Origin: an uncultured Spartobacteria bacterium | Lineage (GTDB): Bacteria > Verrucomicrobiota > Verrucomicrobiia > Chthoniobacterales > UBA6821 | Direction of reading: 5' to 3' | Length of the DNA: 64,000 bases | NCBI GenBank assembly: GCA_903868795.1 | Contig: CAIPWR010000145.1 | Coordinates: forward strand, 600-64,599 | Shown: positions 27,077 to 35,959 of the stretch, one piece after another | Layout: each line of letters starts with the position of its first letter | Numbering within the stretch: the stretch's first letter is position 1 | Notes under the pieces: model-generated | What the model was told of the DNA's origin: nothing | The model's input: the letters and a program-made list of their open reading frames with translations, nothing else | The model's database searches: none | Translations under genes and position numbers: made by a program

Positions 27077-27436
27077 ATGAAACTCATGAACATCCAATTC
27101 GAAAAAGCCGGCCCGATCCTTGTCGTGACTCTCAAGGGGCGCCTCGACGCAACCGAGCAGAACATGATCAAGGACTCCGTTGCCAAGGAGATTGAATCCA
27201 GCAGTTCCAAGGGAGTTGTTTTCGACCTCGCCGGACTGGAATACGTGAGCAGCGCTGGATTCCGCGAGTTTTTCCTGCTGGGGCGTCAGTTGCAGCGTGT
27301 CGGTGGAGGTCTGGCTGTCTGCGCTCTCCAGCCTGCCGTGCAAAGGATCTTCGATATCGCTCAATTCCAGACGGCCTATCCCGTCTGCGCGACGCGCGAC
27401 GAGGCCCTTGTGGCTATCGGTTCCTCCGTGGCCTAG
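27077..27436 (+). CDS. STAS-domain anti-sigma-factor antagonist (SpoIIAA/RsbV-like)
   Basis: MNIQFEKAGPILVVTLKGRLDA and LEYVSSAGFREFF, which contains the phosphorylatable Ser context. Divergent from the phosphatase operon. Confidence 0.85.
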   Translation: MKLMNIQFEKAGPILVVTLKGRLDATEQNMIKDSVAKEIESSSSKGVVFDLAGLEYVSSAGFREFFLLGRQLQRVGGGLAVCALQPAVQRIFDIAQFQTAYPVCATRDEALVAIGSSVA

Positions 27437-27530
27437 AGGAAAGAACCAGTGGTCTGAAAAGTCCTTTGGGATCAGTTCCCATTTCACGCCCTTTCTTGCA
27501 GGGCCTTGATTCAAACGATAGCCTCCGCAA

Positions 27531-28328
27531 ATGTCTGCAGCATCGCCACTGATCATTGCCGGGCGTGAGTTTTCCTCGCGCCTCTTTCTTGGAACCGGGA
27601 AGTTTTCCTCCGGGGTCAACATGCGTGAGGCTTTGGATGCCAGTGGCACCCAGATTGTCACGGTTGCCCTGCGCCGAGCTGATCTTTCCGGAAAAGGAGG
27701 GAAAGGAGACCCCTTTGCGAATATCCTCGAGTTCATTGACCCGGAGAAATATCTCCTGCTTCCCAACACCAGCGGTGCCAATACCGCCGAGGAGGCGGTG
27801 CGTCTGGCGCGTCTTTCCGCAGCAGCAGGATTGCCGAAGTGGGTGAAGCTCGAGATCCACCCCGACCCCCGCTATCTGCTTCCCGATCCGATCGAGACAC
27901 TGAAGGCTACCGAGATGCTGGTGGCTGAAGGATTCACAGTGCTTCCCTACATCAATGCCGACCCGGTGCTGGCTAAGCGACTTCAGGAAGCGGGTGCTGC
28001 TACCGTTATGCCACTTGGTTCTCCGATCGGGAGCAATCGTGGCCTGGATACCCGGCACCAGATCTCAATCATTATCGAGCAGGCTACCGTTCCCGTCGTC
28101 GTCGATGCAGGGATCGGTGCGCCGAGCCATGCCGCTGAGGCATTAGAACTCGGTGCCGATGCTGTTCTGGTGAATACTGCGATCGCCGTCGCTGGCGATC
28201 CTGTCCGTATGGCGCATGCCTTCCGTATGACTGTCGAAGCGGCTGCTGAAGCCGTCGCTGCAGGGCTTCCCATGAGGGCTGATCAGGCCGTTCCGACAAG
28301 TCCCCTCACGGCCTTTCTCAACTCCTAG
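27531..28328 (+). CDS. thiG: Thiazole synthase
   Basis: [21 protein letters not shown] and the typical 265-aa length. Confidence 0.93.
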   Translation: MSAASPLIIAGREFSSRLFLGTGKFSSGVNMREALDASGTQIVTVALRRADLSGKGGKGDPFANILEFIDPEKYLLLPNTSGANTAEEAVRLARLSAAAGLPKWVKLEIHPDPRYLLPDPIETLKATEMLVAEGFTVLPYINADPVLAKRLQEAGAATVMPLGSPIGSNRGLDTRHQISIIIEQATVPVVVDAGIGAPSHAAEALELGADAVLVNTAIAVAGDPVRMAHAFRMTVEAAAEAVAAGLPMRADQAVPTSPLTAFLNS

Positions 28329-28346
28329 GAAGCGCTTCTGATTTCT

Positions 28347-28380
28347 GGCTAACAGCCTTCAGTCTTCAGCCTAACCACCC
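28347..28380 (-). repeat. Heptamer element, copy A3 (inverted relative to both flanking plus-strand genes)
   Basis: The plus strand reads GGCTAACAGCCTTCAGTCTTCAGCCTAACCACCC. The reverse complement is GGGTGGTTAGGCTGAAGACTGAAGGCTGTTAGCC. It lies between thiG and mutS and ends 5 nt before the mutS ATG. Confidence 0.65.
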
Positions 28381-28385
28381 CCCGA

Positions 28386-30872
28386 ATGGCCTCCGAAGCG
28401 ACTCCCATGATGAAGCAGTATCACGCCTTGAGGCGCGATTTGCCGCCGGGAACCTTCCTTCTTTTCCGCCTCGGTGATTTTTACGAGATGTTCTTTGACG
28501 ATGCCAAAGAGGCCTCGGCGATTCTGAATGTTGCGCTCACCAAACGTGGCGATGTTCCGATGTGCGGCGTCCCGTACCATGCGGCTCGCGGCTATGTGGA
28601 AAAGCTTCTTGCCGCCGGTCGGCGTGTGGCGTTCTGCGAGCAGGTGGGGGAGGTTCAGGCTGGAAAGCTGGTCCGGCGCGAGATCACCCGGATCCTGAGC
28701 CCGGGCACACTGGAGGATGCCGGTCTGGAAGAGAAAAGCCACAACTTTACCGCCGCCATTCTGCCTCCGGCCAGGGAGGGAGCGATGTTTGGCCTTGCCT
28801 GTGCCGACTTAAGTACGGGTGAGTTTCGAATCACGGAGCTTTCTTCCGCCGATGCCGTGCTCGATGAAGTGGTTCGCTTGGCGCCTGCAGAGCTTCTGAT
28901 TCCCGAGGGACGGAAAGGGCTCTTGAGGGATTTACCCTTGGATTTCCCGAAGGCTGAGGAGGTGGAGGCTTATCTCTTCGATCCGATGGCTGCCAAAGAG
29001 CTACTGTTATCCCATTTCAAGGTCCATTCGCTCGATGGATTTGGCGTGAATGATGTTCCCGCCGGAGTCATCGCCGCCGGTGCGCTTCTGTACTACCTCA
29101 CTCGGACGCTGCGCCGGGATGCTGGGCACCTTCGATCGCTCCGTGCCTATCGGCAGGCCGAGCATCTACTGCTGGATGCCTCCACGCAGGGGCATTTGGA
29201 ATTGGTTGCTTCAAGGGCGGGTCGGGGCATGACCCTCCTCGGGGCGCTGGATAAGACTGTCACCCCCATGGGGGCGCGCACTCTGCGTGATTGGATCCTG
29301 CAACCGTTGATTGATCCTGCAACAATTTCCGGTCGGCAAGATGCGGTCGGCTTGCTGATTTCCTTCCCGTTGAAGCTGGGAGATCTTCGGGATCGACTGG
29401 GAGGTATTCGCGACATCGAGCGGTCCGTTTCACGCCTCAGTCAGAATTCTGGAAACGCCCGCGACCTTGCCAACCTCTCCTCATCGCTGGCATCCCTGCC
29501 CGCGATTCGGGAGGTGCTTGCCGGTTGCGGCGGTGCACTCCTTGGCCGACTTGGGGAGAATCTGCATCCGCTCCCGGAACTCACCGCGATGCTGCAGGTG
29601 GCCCTTGTTGATGAACCGCCTCCGACCATCCGCGAGGGAGGAATGATTCGCTCAGGATTCGATGCCTCTTTGGATGAACTTCGGAATGCCTCAACCGAGG
29701 GAAAAGCCTGGATCGCCGCGCTTCAAGAAAAGGAGATTCAGCGTACTGGGATCAAGTCGCTCAAAGTGCGTTTCAATGCTGTCTTTGGCTACTTCATCGA
29801 GATCACGACTGCGAATCTCGGCAGCGTCCCTGATGACTATACCCGTAAGCAGACCACCGCGGGAGGGGAACGCTTCATCACGCCCGAACTCAAGGAGATG
29901 GAGGGTAAGATCCTTGGGTCCGAAGAAAGATCCAAGGCGCTCGAGATCGAAATCTTCCAGCGTCTCCGCTCCGCTGTCCTGGAACAGGTACTCCCCTTGC
30001 AGGAGACTGCAGCGGCGGCAGGCGCTCTCGATGCCCTTGGCTCTCTGGCTGAGACGGCGCGGCTTTTTGGTTATGCCCGCCCCATTGTGGATGATTCGAC
30101 ACTGCTGGAGATTCATGAGGGGCGTCACCCGGTGATGGATCAGCGTGCTGGTGGCGATGTTTTCGTGCCGAATGACACAGATCTCGATGCTGCGAATCAC
30201 CGCATGGGTATCATCACCGGTCCGAATATGGCTGGTAAATCGACCTATCTCCGGCAGGTCGGGCTTCTCACGGTCATGGCTCAGATGGGAAGCTGGATTC
30301 CGGCAGCATCCGCCCGTATCGGCGTGACGGATCGGATTTTCACCCGTGTCGGCGCCAGTGACGATCTCTCCAAGGGACACTCGACATTCATGGTCGAGAT
30401 GAACGAAACCGCGAATATTCTCCACAATGCCACCTCCCGCAGTCTTGTGCTGTTGGATGAAATCGGGCGCGGCACAGCTACTTTCGATGGTCTCTCGATC
30501 GCCTGGAGTGTTGCCGAATACCTGCATGATATCACGGGATGCCGTGCTTTCTTCGCGACCCACTATCATGAACTTCCCGATCTGGCCCGCACGCGATCCG
30601 GTGTCCGGAATCTGAATGTTGCCGTCCGTGAGCAGAATGACCGGATCGTTTTTCTGAGAAAAATCATCCAGGGGGCGGCCGATCGGAGCTATGGCATCCA
30701 GGTGGCACGCTTGGCGGGACTCCCCTCGACGGTTGTCGAGAGGGCCCGCGAGATTCTAACGAACCTGGAGAAGGCAGAACTCAATGCCGAGGGGCGTCCC
30801 ACCCTTGCAGGTACGCGACGCAAGATGCCCGGAGCTCCCGACCCCACGGCTGAGCTCCCCCTCTTTAATTAA
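28386..30872 (+). CDS. mutS: DNA mismatch repair protein MutS
   Basis: TPMMKQY N-terminus, GPNMAGKSTYLRQ Walker A, STFMVEM and DEIGRGT. Confidence 0.97.
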   Translation: MASEATPMMKQYHALRRDLPPGTFLLFRLGDFYEMFFDDAKEASAILNVALTKRGDVPMCGVPYHAARGYVEKLLAAGRRVAFCEQVGEVQAGKLVRREITRILSPGTLEDAGLEEKSHNFTAAILPPAREGAMFGLACADLSTGEFRITELSSADAVLDEVVRLAPAELLIPEGRKGLLRDLPLDFPKAEEVEAYLFDPMAAKELLLSHFKVHSLDGFGVNDVPAGVIAAGALLYYLTRTLRRDAGHLRSLRAYRQAEHLLLDASTQGHLELVASRAGRGMTLLGALDKTVTPMGARTLRDWILQPLIDPATISGRQDAVGLLISFPLKLGDLRDRLGGIRDIERSVSRLSQNSGNARDLANLSSSLASLPAIREVLAGCGGALLGRLGENLHPLPELTAMLQVALVDEPPPTIREGGMIRSGFDASLDELRNASTEGKAWIAALQEKEIQRTGIKSLKVRFNAVFGYFIEITTANLGSVPDDYTRKQTTAGGERFITPELKEMEGKILGSEERSKALEIEIFQRLRSAVLEQVLPLQETAAAAGALDALGSLAETARLFGYARPIVDDSTLLEIHEGRHPVMDQRAGGDVFVPNDTDLDAANHRMGIITGPNMAGKSTYLRQVGLLTVMAQMGSWIPAASARIGVTDRIFTRVGASDDLSKGHSTFMVEMNETANILHNATSRSLVLLDEIGRGTATFDGLSIAWSVAEYLHDITGCRAFFATHYHELPDLARTRSGVRNLNVAVREQNDRIVFLRKIIQGAADRSYGIQVARLAGLPSTVVERAREILTNLEKAELNAEGRPTLAGTRRKMPGAPDPTAELPLFN

Positions 30873-31464
30873 TCGATCCTGAGCTGGGGAAAGCTGTTAT
30901 GAGAGGTAGTGCTGCGGCGAGCTTTTCCAGATAGTCAGCCCGGGGGATTTCCATGGCACCGAATTGTTCGAGATGTGGTGTGGTCCACTGGCTGTCGAGC
31001 AGCGTGAATCCCTCTCTTTTGAGGATTGAGACGAGATGCCAGAGGGCAATCTTGGAGGCATCGGTGACCCGATGGAACATCGACTCGCCGAAGAAGGCAC
31101 CCCCGATAGAGACCCCATAGAGTCCTCCAGCCAGTTTTCCCTCCAGCCAGACTTCCACGGAATGTGCATGGCCACTCTCAAAAAGATGGGTGTAGCTCTC
31201 AGCGATCGTCTCTGTAATCCAGGTCTCTTCGCGTGATGCGCAGGCTTTCATCACTTCCCGAAAAGCGGTGTCTGTTCGAATCTCCCAACTACGGTTTTTG
31301 AGGGATCTCTTGAGCCCGTGGGGGGTGTGAAACTCCTCCAAGGGAATGATCCCTCTGGGATCGGGTGAGTACCAACGGATCTCACCATCCGGCATCCCCA
31401 TCGGAAAGATCCCCGAGGCATAGGCCTCCAAGAGCAGATCTGGAGGAATACTGTTTTTCATCAA
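30865..31464 (-). CDS. aat: Leucyl/phenylalanyl-tRNA--protein transferase
   Basis: YASGIFPM, GGLYGVSIGGAFFGESMF and DSQWTTPHL. The probable ATG is at 31461. Confidence 0.9.
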   Translation of the reverse strand: MMKNSIPPDLLLEAYASGIFPMGMPDGEIRWYSPDPRGIIPLEEFHTPHGLKRSLKNRSWEIRTDTAFREVMKACASREETWITETIAESYTHLFESGHAHSVEVWLEGKLAGGLYGVSIGGAFFGESMFHRVTDASKIALWHLVSILKREGFTLLDSQWTTPHLEQFGAMEIPRADYLEKLAAALPLITAFPSSGSIN

Positions 31465-31488
31465 AGAGTTATCCGGAATCGATTAATA

Positions 31489-31662
31489 AATATGGAACTC
31501 AGGAACTCATGAAGGAATCAGAAAAGCCCATAGGATGATTCTGAGCTTAAAAATGCATATCCCCGATTGAAAACATCGAGTCCCGCACCTTTTCAGGTCT
31601 CCCTCCAATGGGTGCCATCTTTATCAACACGGCTTCATCACATGTTTCCTGAGTTCCATATT
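31489..31662. repeat. Perfect 17-bp inverted repeat pair enclosing 140 bp in the aat / lipoprotein divergent intergenic region
   Basis: AATATGGAACTCAGGAA at 31489-31505 is the exact reverse complement of 31646-31662. Both arms extend imperfectly to CATG. Confidence 0.8.
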
Positions 31663-31718
31663 CAAATTCCCTTCCCATCCCGTATTGCCTTCTGGATCGG
31701 ATCTTTTAGGGTCATGAA

Positions 31719-31919
31719 GTGAATCCGCTCAGAATTCTACTTACTGCTCTTCTTCTTGTTCTACCCGCTCTCTGTCTTACCGGCTGTGCAACGGCTGAGA
31801 GTGACGCTGATGATGTCGCTGACAATGCTATCCAGGGGCTTGAAGGCAAGGGTCACCTCTACAACGAGAAGGTGATGAAGGGGGATATGGGCGGCCAGTT
31901 GGGAAACGACTTTCAATAA
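31719..31919 (+). CDS. Small lipoprotein, unknown function
   Basis: 66 aa. Signal peptide with a lipobox (LCLTGC). GTG start. Confidence 0.5.
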   Translation: MNPLRILLTALLLVLPALCLTGCATAESDADDVADNAIQGLEGKGHLYNEKVMKGDMGGQLGNDFQ

Positions 31920-31958
31920 GTCGGGAGGCCTGACACGAACCTTTTCTTTCCGACCGAG

Positions 31959-33602
31959 ATGCCAACCCTGTCTAAAAAAATTGTGAAAACCGCAGTTAAA
32001 AAGAGCAAGCCCTCCAAAGCACCAAAGTCTCCCAAGGCAACGTCCAAGATCGTCATCCTTGATTTTGGATCCCAATACACGCAGGTGATTGCCCGCCGCG
32101 TCAGGGAGTGCCGGGTCTTCTCGGAGATTCTGCCTCACACGACCAAGGCCAGTGAGATCATCGCTGACGGGACCGTCAGGGGAATCATCCTCTCGGGTGG
32201 TCCCGCAAGTGTTTATGCCCCAAAGGCCCCCAAAGTCGATCCGGCGATCTACGATCTGGGCCTGCCTATCCTCGGCATCTGCTATGGCATGCAGCTTCTC
32301 TCGCGTGATTTAGGCGGTTCCGTGGCCCGCTCCACTCATCGGGAGTACGGCAAGGGAGTGCTTTCCACGCTTGGCGCCTCACCTCTCTTCAAGGGGCTGT
32401 CGAAGAAAATCGATGTCTGGAACAGCCATGGCGACCGCGTCGAGAAGCTGCCGAAGGGATTCGCCGCCATTGGAACGACGGAGAATGCTCCCCATGCGGT
32501 CATCGCTGATGCCAAAAGGAAAATTTACGGGATGCAGTTCCATCCCGAGGTGCATCACACACCAAAGGGGAAAACCATCATTCAGAATTTCCTCCATGGC
32601 ATCTGCGGTTGCCCGAGCGATTGGACCATGGAGTCCTTCATCGAGCGCATCTGCTCCCAGATCCGCGAACAGGTGGGTGATGGGCGTGTGATTCTGGGCC
32701 TTAGTGGCGGAGTCGATTCAAGCGTGGCTGCCGCGCTGATCCACAAGGCGATCGGCGATCAACTCACCTGCATCTTCGTGGATAATGGTCTTCTTCGTTC
32801 CGGCGAGAGGAATGCGGTGGACAAACTGTTCGGACGCAATTTCAAGATCCGTTTGAAGATCGTTGATGGCGCGGATCGCTTCCTCGGAAAGCTCAAGGGA
32901 GTCACCGATCCCGAGAAAAAGCGCAAGATCATCGGCACGGAGTTCATCCGTATTTTCGAGCAGGCTGCTGAGGATCTCCGAAAATCTGCAAAGGGTTCCA
33001 AGCATCCGTTCAAGTTTCTTGCTCAGGGAACTCTTTATCCCGATGTCATCGAGAGCGTCCCCATTGCCGGGAATCCAGCCTCCCTGATCAAGAGCCATCA
33101 CAATGTCGGCGGTCTTCCAAAGGATATGAAATTCGAGCTCGTGGAACCGCTCCGGCAGCTCTTCAAGGACGAGGTTCGGGAGGTAGGCCGCGAACTGGGA
33201 CTTCCCCAGGAAGTGGTCGATCGTCAGCCTTTCCCTGGCCCCGGTCTGGCCGTCCGCATCATCGGAGCGATTACTCCGGAGCGTCTCCGCATCGTGCGCG
33301 ATGCCGACTTGATCGTTCTTGAGGAAATGAAAGCCTCGGGCTGGTACTTTAAGGTCTGGCAGTCCTTCGCAGTCCTCCTGCCGGTCCAGTCGGTGGGCGT
33401 GATGGGGGACGAGCGTACCTACGACTACACGATCGCCCTGCGGGTCGTGGAGAGCCAGGACGGCATGACGGCCGACTGGGTACGCCTGCCGTACGAGTTG
33501 CTCGCCAAGATCTCCAGCCGCATCATCAACGAGGTGAAGGGAGTGAACCGCTGCGTGCTGGATGTCTCCAGCAAGCCGCCGGCCACCATCGAGTGGGAGT
33601 AA
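31959..33602 (+). CDS. guaA: GMP synthase (glutamine-hydrolysing) with a Lys-rich N-terminal extension
   Basis: [25 protein letters not shown] and the C-terminal PPATIEWE. About 30 extra basic residues precede the GATase domain. Confidence 0.95.
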   Translation: MPTLSKKIVKTAVKKSKPSKAPKSPKATSKIVILDFGSQYTQVIARRVRECRVFSEILPHTTKASEIIADGTVRGIILSGGPASVYAPKAPKVDPAIYDLGLPILGICYGMQLLSRDLGGSVARSTHREYGKGVLSTLGASPLFKGLSKKIDVWNSHGDRVEKLPKGFAAIGTTENAPHAVIADAKRKIYGMQFHPEVHHTPKGKTIIQNFLHGICGCPSDWTMESFIERICSQIREQVGDGRVILGLSGGVDSSVAAALIHKAIGDQLTCIFVDNGLLRSGERNAVDKLFGRNFKIRLKIVDGADRFLGKLKGVTDPEKKRKIIGTEFIRIFEQAAEDLRKSAKGSKHPFKFLAQGTLYPDVIESVPIAGNPASLIKSHHNVGGLPKDMKFELVEPLRQLFKDEVREVGRELGLPQEVVDRQPFPGPGLAVRIIGAITPERLRIVRDADLIVLEEMKASGWYFKVWQSFAVLLPVQSVGVMGDERTYDYTIALRVVESQDGMTADWVRLPYELLAKISSRIINEVKGVNRCVLDVSSKPPATIEWE

Positions 33603-33617
33603 TTCCTTCTTCGCTTT

Positions 33618-34106
33618 ATGAGTCACCGCCGTGCGATCTACCCGGGAAGCTTCGACCCGGTGACCAATGGTCATCTTGACCTGATCACACGTTCGCTTGG
33701 GCTCTTTGACGAGGTCATCGTCGGCGTGGCGGATAACGAGGCCAAGAATCCGCTCTTTACCACCGAGGAGAGGGTCGACCTCATCAGACAGAGTGTCGGC
33801 GATCAGCCCGGTCTCTCCGTGGAGCCGCTCAATGGCCTCCTGGTAGATTTTTGCCGCCGACGTGAAGCCTTCGTGGTGATTCGTGGATTGAGGGCTGTCT
33901 CCGATTTCGAGTTCGAGTTTCAGATGGCTCTGACGAATCGTCGTCTGGAGCCGAAAATCGAGACGATCTTCCTGACACCGCGCGAGGATTGTATCTTCCT
34001 GAGTTCTCGGATTGTGAAGGAAGTGGCGCGACTTGCCGGAGATGTTTCCCCGTTCGTCTCTCTCTCCGTACTGGAGGCCCTGAAAGAAAAATTCCCCAAA
34101 GAGTGA
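33618..34106 (+). CDS. coaD: Pantetheine-phosphate adenylyltransferase
   Basis: AIYPGSFDPVTNGHLD, and ISSRIVKEV toward the C-terminus. Confidence 0.95.
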   Translation: MSHRRAIYPGSFDPVTNGHLDLITRSLGLFDEVIVGVADNEAKNPLFTTEERVDLIRQSVGDQPGLSVEPLNGLLVDFCRRREAFVVIRGLRAVSDFEFEFQMALTNRRLEPKIETIFLTPREDCIFLSSRIVKEVARLAGDVSPFVSLSVLEALKEKFPKE

Positions 34107-34119
34107 ACTTGGGGCTAGA

Positions 34120-34611
34120 TTGCCCCTCATGAAAGTCCACACCCGTCAGATCCCTGAGGGAGGTACCCTGCATTTGGAGGGTGAGGAGGATTCCTCAGCC
34201 CTTGGTCTTGAAGAGGCAGGGGCCACGCCTATCGGTCCCTTGGAATATTCCCTGGACGTCGGACTCTCCGACGGGGGGCTTTTTGCCACGGGAGTTATTG
34301 CACAGAGAGTTGGGATGACCTGTGTTTCCTGCCTTGAGCCTTTTGAGAAAGAGATCGTCATTGACCCATTTGCCACCCAGATCGAACTGGACGGAAATGA
34401 ATTAGTGGACTTGACCCGCGAGGTCAGGGAGGATATTCATCTCCTTCTGCCTGCACATCCCCGATGTGATCATGGTGGAGAAAAGACCTGCCCCGCCAGT
34501 TTCCCGGCGGGCGCCCGCACCGCTCCTTTGCCAATGGAGAAGGCGGCTCGTCCTGCAATCTGGGAAGCACTCGACCAACTCAAAACACCACCATCCGATG
34601 GGAGTCCCTAA
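34120..34611 (+). CDS. YceD/DUF177 family protein
   Basis: CxxC...C pattern (CVSCLEPF, HPRCD) and the conserved position directly upstream of rpmF. Confidence 0.8.
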   Translation: MPLMKVHTRQIPEGGTLHLEGEEDSSALGLEEAGATPIGPLEYSLDVGLSDGGLFATGVIAQRVGMTCVSCLEPFEKEIVIDPFATQIELDGNELVDLTREVREDIHLLLPAHPRCDHGGEKTCPASFPAGARTAPLPMEKAARPAIWEALDQLKTPPSDGSP

Positions 34612-34780
34612 ACGTAAAACTTCAAAGATGCGCCTTCGCACCCGCAAGGCTGCGAACCGCTGGCATGCCCCCAAGTTGGGCAAGTGCACCCAGTGCGGTG
34701 CGCCTCTTCAGTCCCACACTGCCTGCCCTGCCTGCGGTACCTACCGCGGGCGTCAGGTGCTGGATGTCGAGGTGGCGTAA
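34598..34780 (+). CDS. rpmF: 50S ribosomal protein L32
   Basis: MGVPKRKTSKMRLRTRK N-terminus and CxxC...CxxC. The ATG at 34598 lies inside the larger listed ORF (34466..34780). Confidence 0.93.
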   Translation: MGVPKRKTSKMRLRTRKAANRWHAPKLGKCTQCGAPLQSHTACPACGTYRGRQVLDVEVA

Positions 34781-34882
34781 GGTTTTGGCTTAAAGTTCGC
34801 TGACGAAAGCTTCTCTTCCCTCCTCTCCAGTGAGGAATCAGACAGCCCCAGTGACGATGCTAAGACCAGTAGCTGTAGAATC

Positions 34883-35959
34883 ATGAGGATAGCCCTCGAT
34901 GCCATGGGGGGCGATTACGCCCCGCAGAATACGGTCGCCGGGGCCGTCATGGCGATCCGGGAATACCCAAAGATCAGCAAGCTCTTCCTCACCGGAGACG
35001 AGTCTGCCATCAAGGCCGAGCTAGCCAAGCTGGGTTGTTCTGATCCCAGGATCGAGATCGTCCACACCACTCAGGTTGTGGAGATGAGTGATGCGGCTGT
35101 TGACTCCGTACGTCGCAAGAAAGACTCCTCTGTTGCCCGTGCCGTTGACTTGGTCAAGAAGGGTGAAGCTGATGCCATCGTCAGCGCCGGACATACCGGT
35201 GCCGCCGTTGCGGCCACGACGATCAAGCTCCGTACCCTCGAGGGAATCGAACGCCCAGGGATTGCCTCCTACCTTCCTACCGAGAAGAATGTCTGTGTCC
35301 TCATCGATGCTGGTGCGAATGTCGACGCCCGCCCCGTCCACCTGCTCCAGTACGCCATCATGGGCTCGGTTCTTTCGGAACATGTTCTTGGCTACACCAA
35401 TCCCGAGATCGGCCTCATGTCGATCGGCGGCGAGGATGTGAAGGGGAGCGAGTTCACCAAGGAGGTCTTCAAACTCCTGAAAGCATCCTCTCTGAATTTT
35501 CGTGGAAACATCGAGGGGCACGACCTTTTCGAGCATCCCGTCGAAGTGATCCTCTGCGATGGCTTCACCGGCAATGTCGTCCTCAAGACCGCTGAGGCGA
35601 CCGCAAGTGCTGTTTTCCGCTGGCTGAAGAGCGAGCTTACCAGGACTCCCTTCCGGATGTTCGGCGCATGGATTGCCAGGAACGCTTTCCGTGCGATTCG
35701 CAGGAAGACCAACTACGAGGACTATGGCGGAAGCCCGCTCCTTGGAGTCAATGGCATCTGCATCATTGCCCACGGCTCCAGCACACCGCTTGCCGTTAAG
35801 AACGCCATTCGCGTCGCCACCGAGTTCATCGAACAGCAGGTCAATCCGCGTATCGTAGAGGCAGTCAAAGCTTACAACCTCAAGAACGCTCATCTGACCC
35901 AGGTTGCAGGGGCTGTCGCCATGAATGCTTCAACCCCGGAGGAGTCCCATGCCATCTAA
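34883..35959 (+). CDS. plsX: Phosphate acyltransferase PlsX
   Basis: IALDAMGGD, SAGHTGA and GHDLFE-type motifs. Conserved rpmF-plsX-fabH order. Confidence 0.95.
   Translation: MRIALDAMGGDYAPQNTVAGAVMAIREYPKISKLFLTGDESAIKAELAKLGCSDPRIEIVHTTQVVEMSDAAVDSVRRKKDSSVARAVDLVKKGEADAIVSAGHTGAAVAATTIKLRTLEGIERPGIASYLPTEKNVCVLIDAGANVDARPVHLLQYAIMGSVLSEHVLGYTNPEIGLMSIGGEDVKGSEFTKEVFKLLKASSLNFRGNIEGHDLFEHPVEVILCDGFTGNVVLKTAEATASAVFRWLKSELTRTPFRMFGAWIARNAFRAIRRKTNYEDYGGSPLLGVNGICIIAHGSSTPLAVKNAIRVATEFIEQQVNPRIVEAVKAYNLKNAHLTQVAGAVAMNASTPEESHAI

Noticed and set aside
27437-27530. Possible TPP riboswitch in the 94-nt leader of thiG
   Set aside because: There is only weak resemblance (CTGAAA instead of the near-invariant CTGAGA). 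The ACCTGATCTGGATAATGCCAGCG-like P4/P5 core and a terminal GGGA pairing are missing. An Infernal scan with RF00059 would settle it.
31489-31662. Reading the 17-bp inverted-repeat unit as a MITE
   Set aside because: No target-site duplication flanks the arms (GATTA vs CAAAT), and the window holds no second copy. It is kept only as one of several hypotheses in the finding.
32718-34142. 474-aa minus-strand ORF spanning the guaA 3-prime end and all of coaD
   Set aside because: It crosses an intergenic gap between two well-supported plus-strand genes, so it is a shadow ORF.
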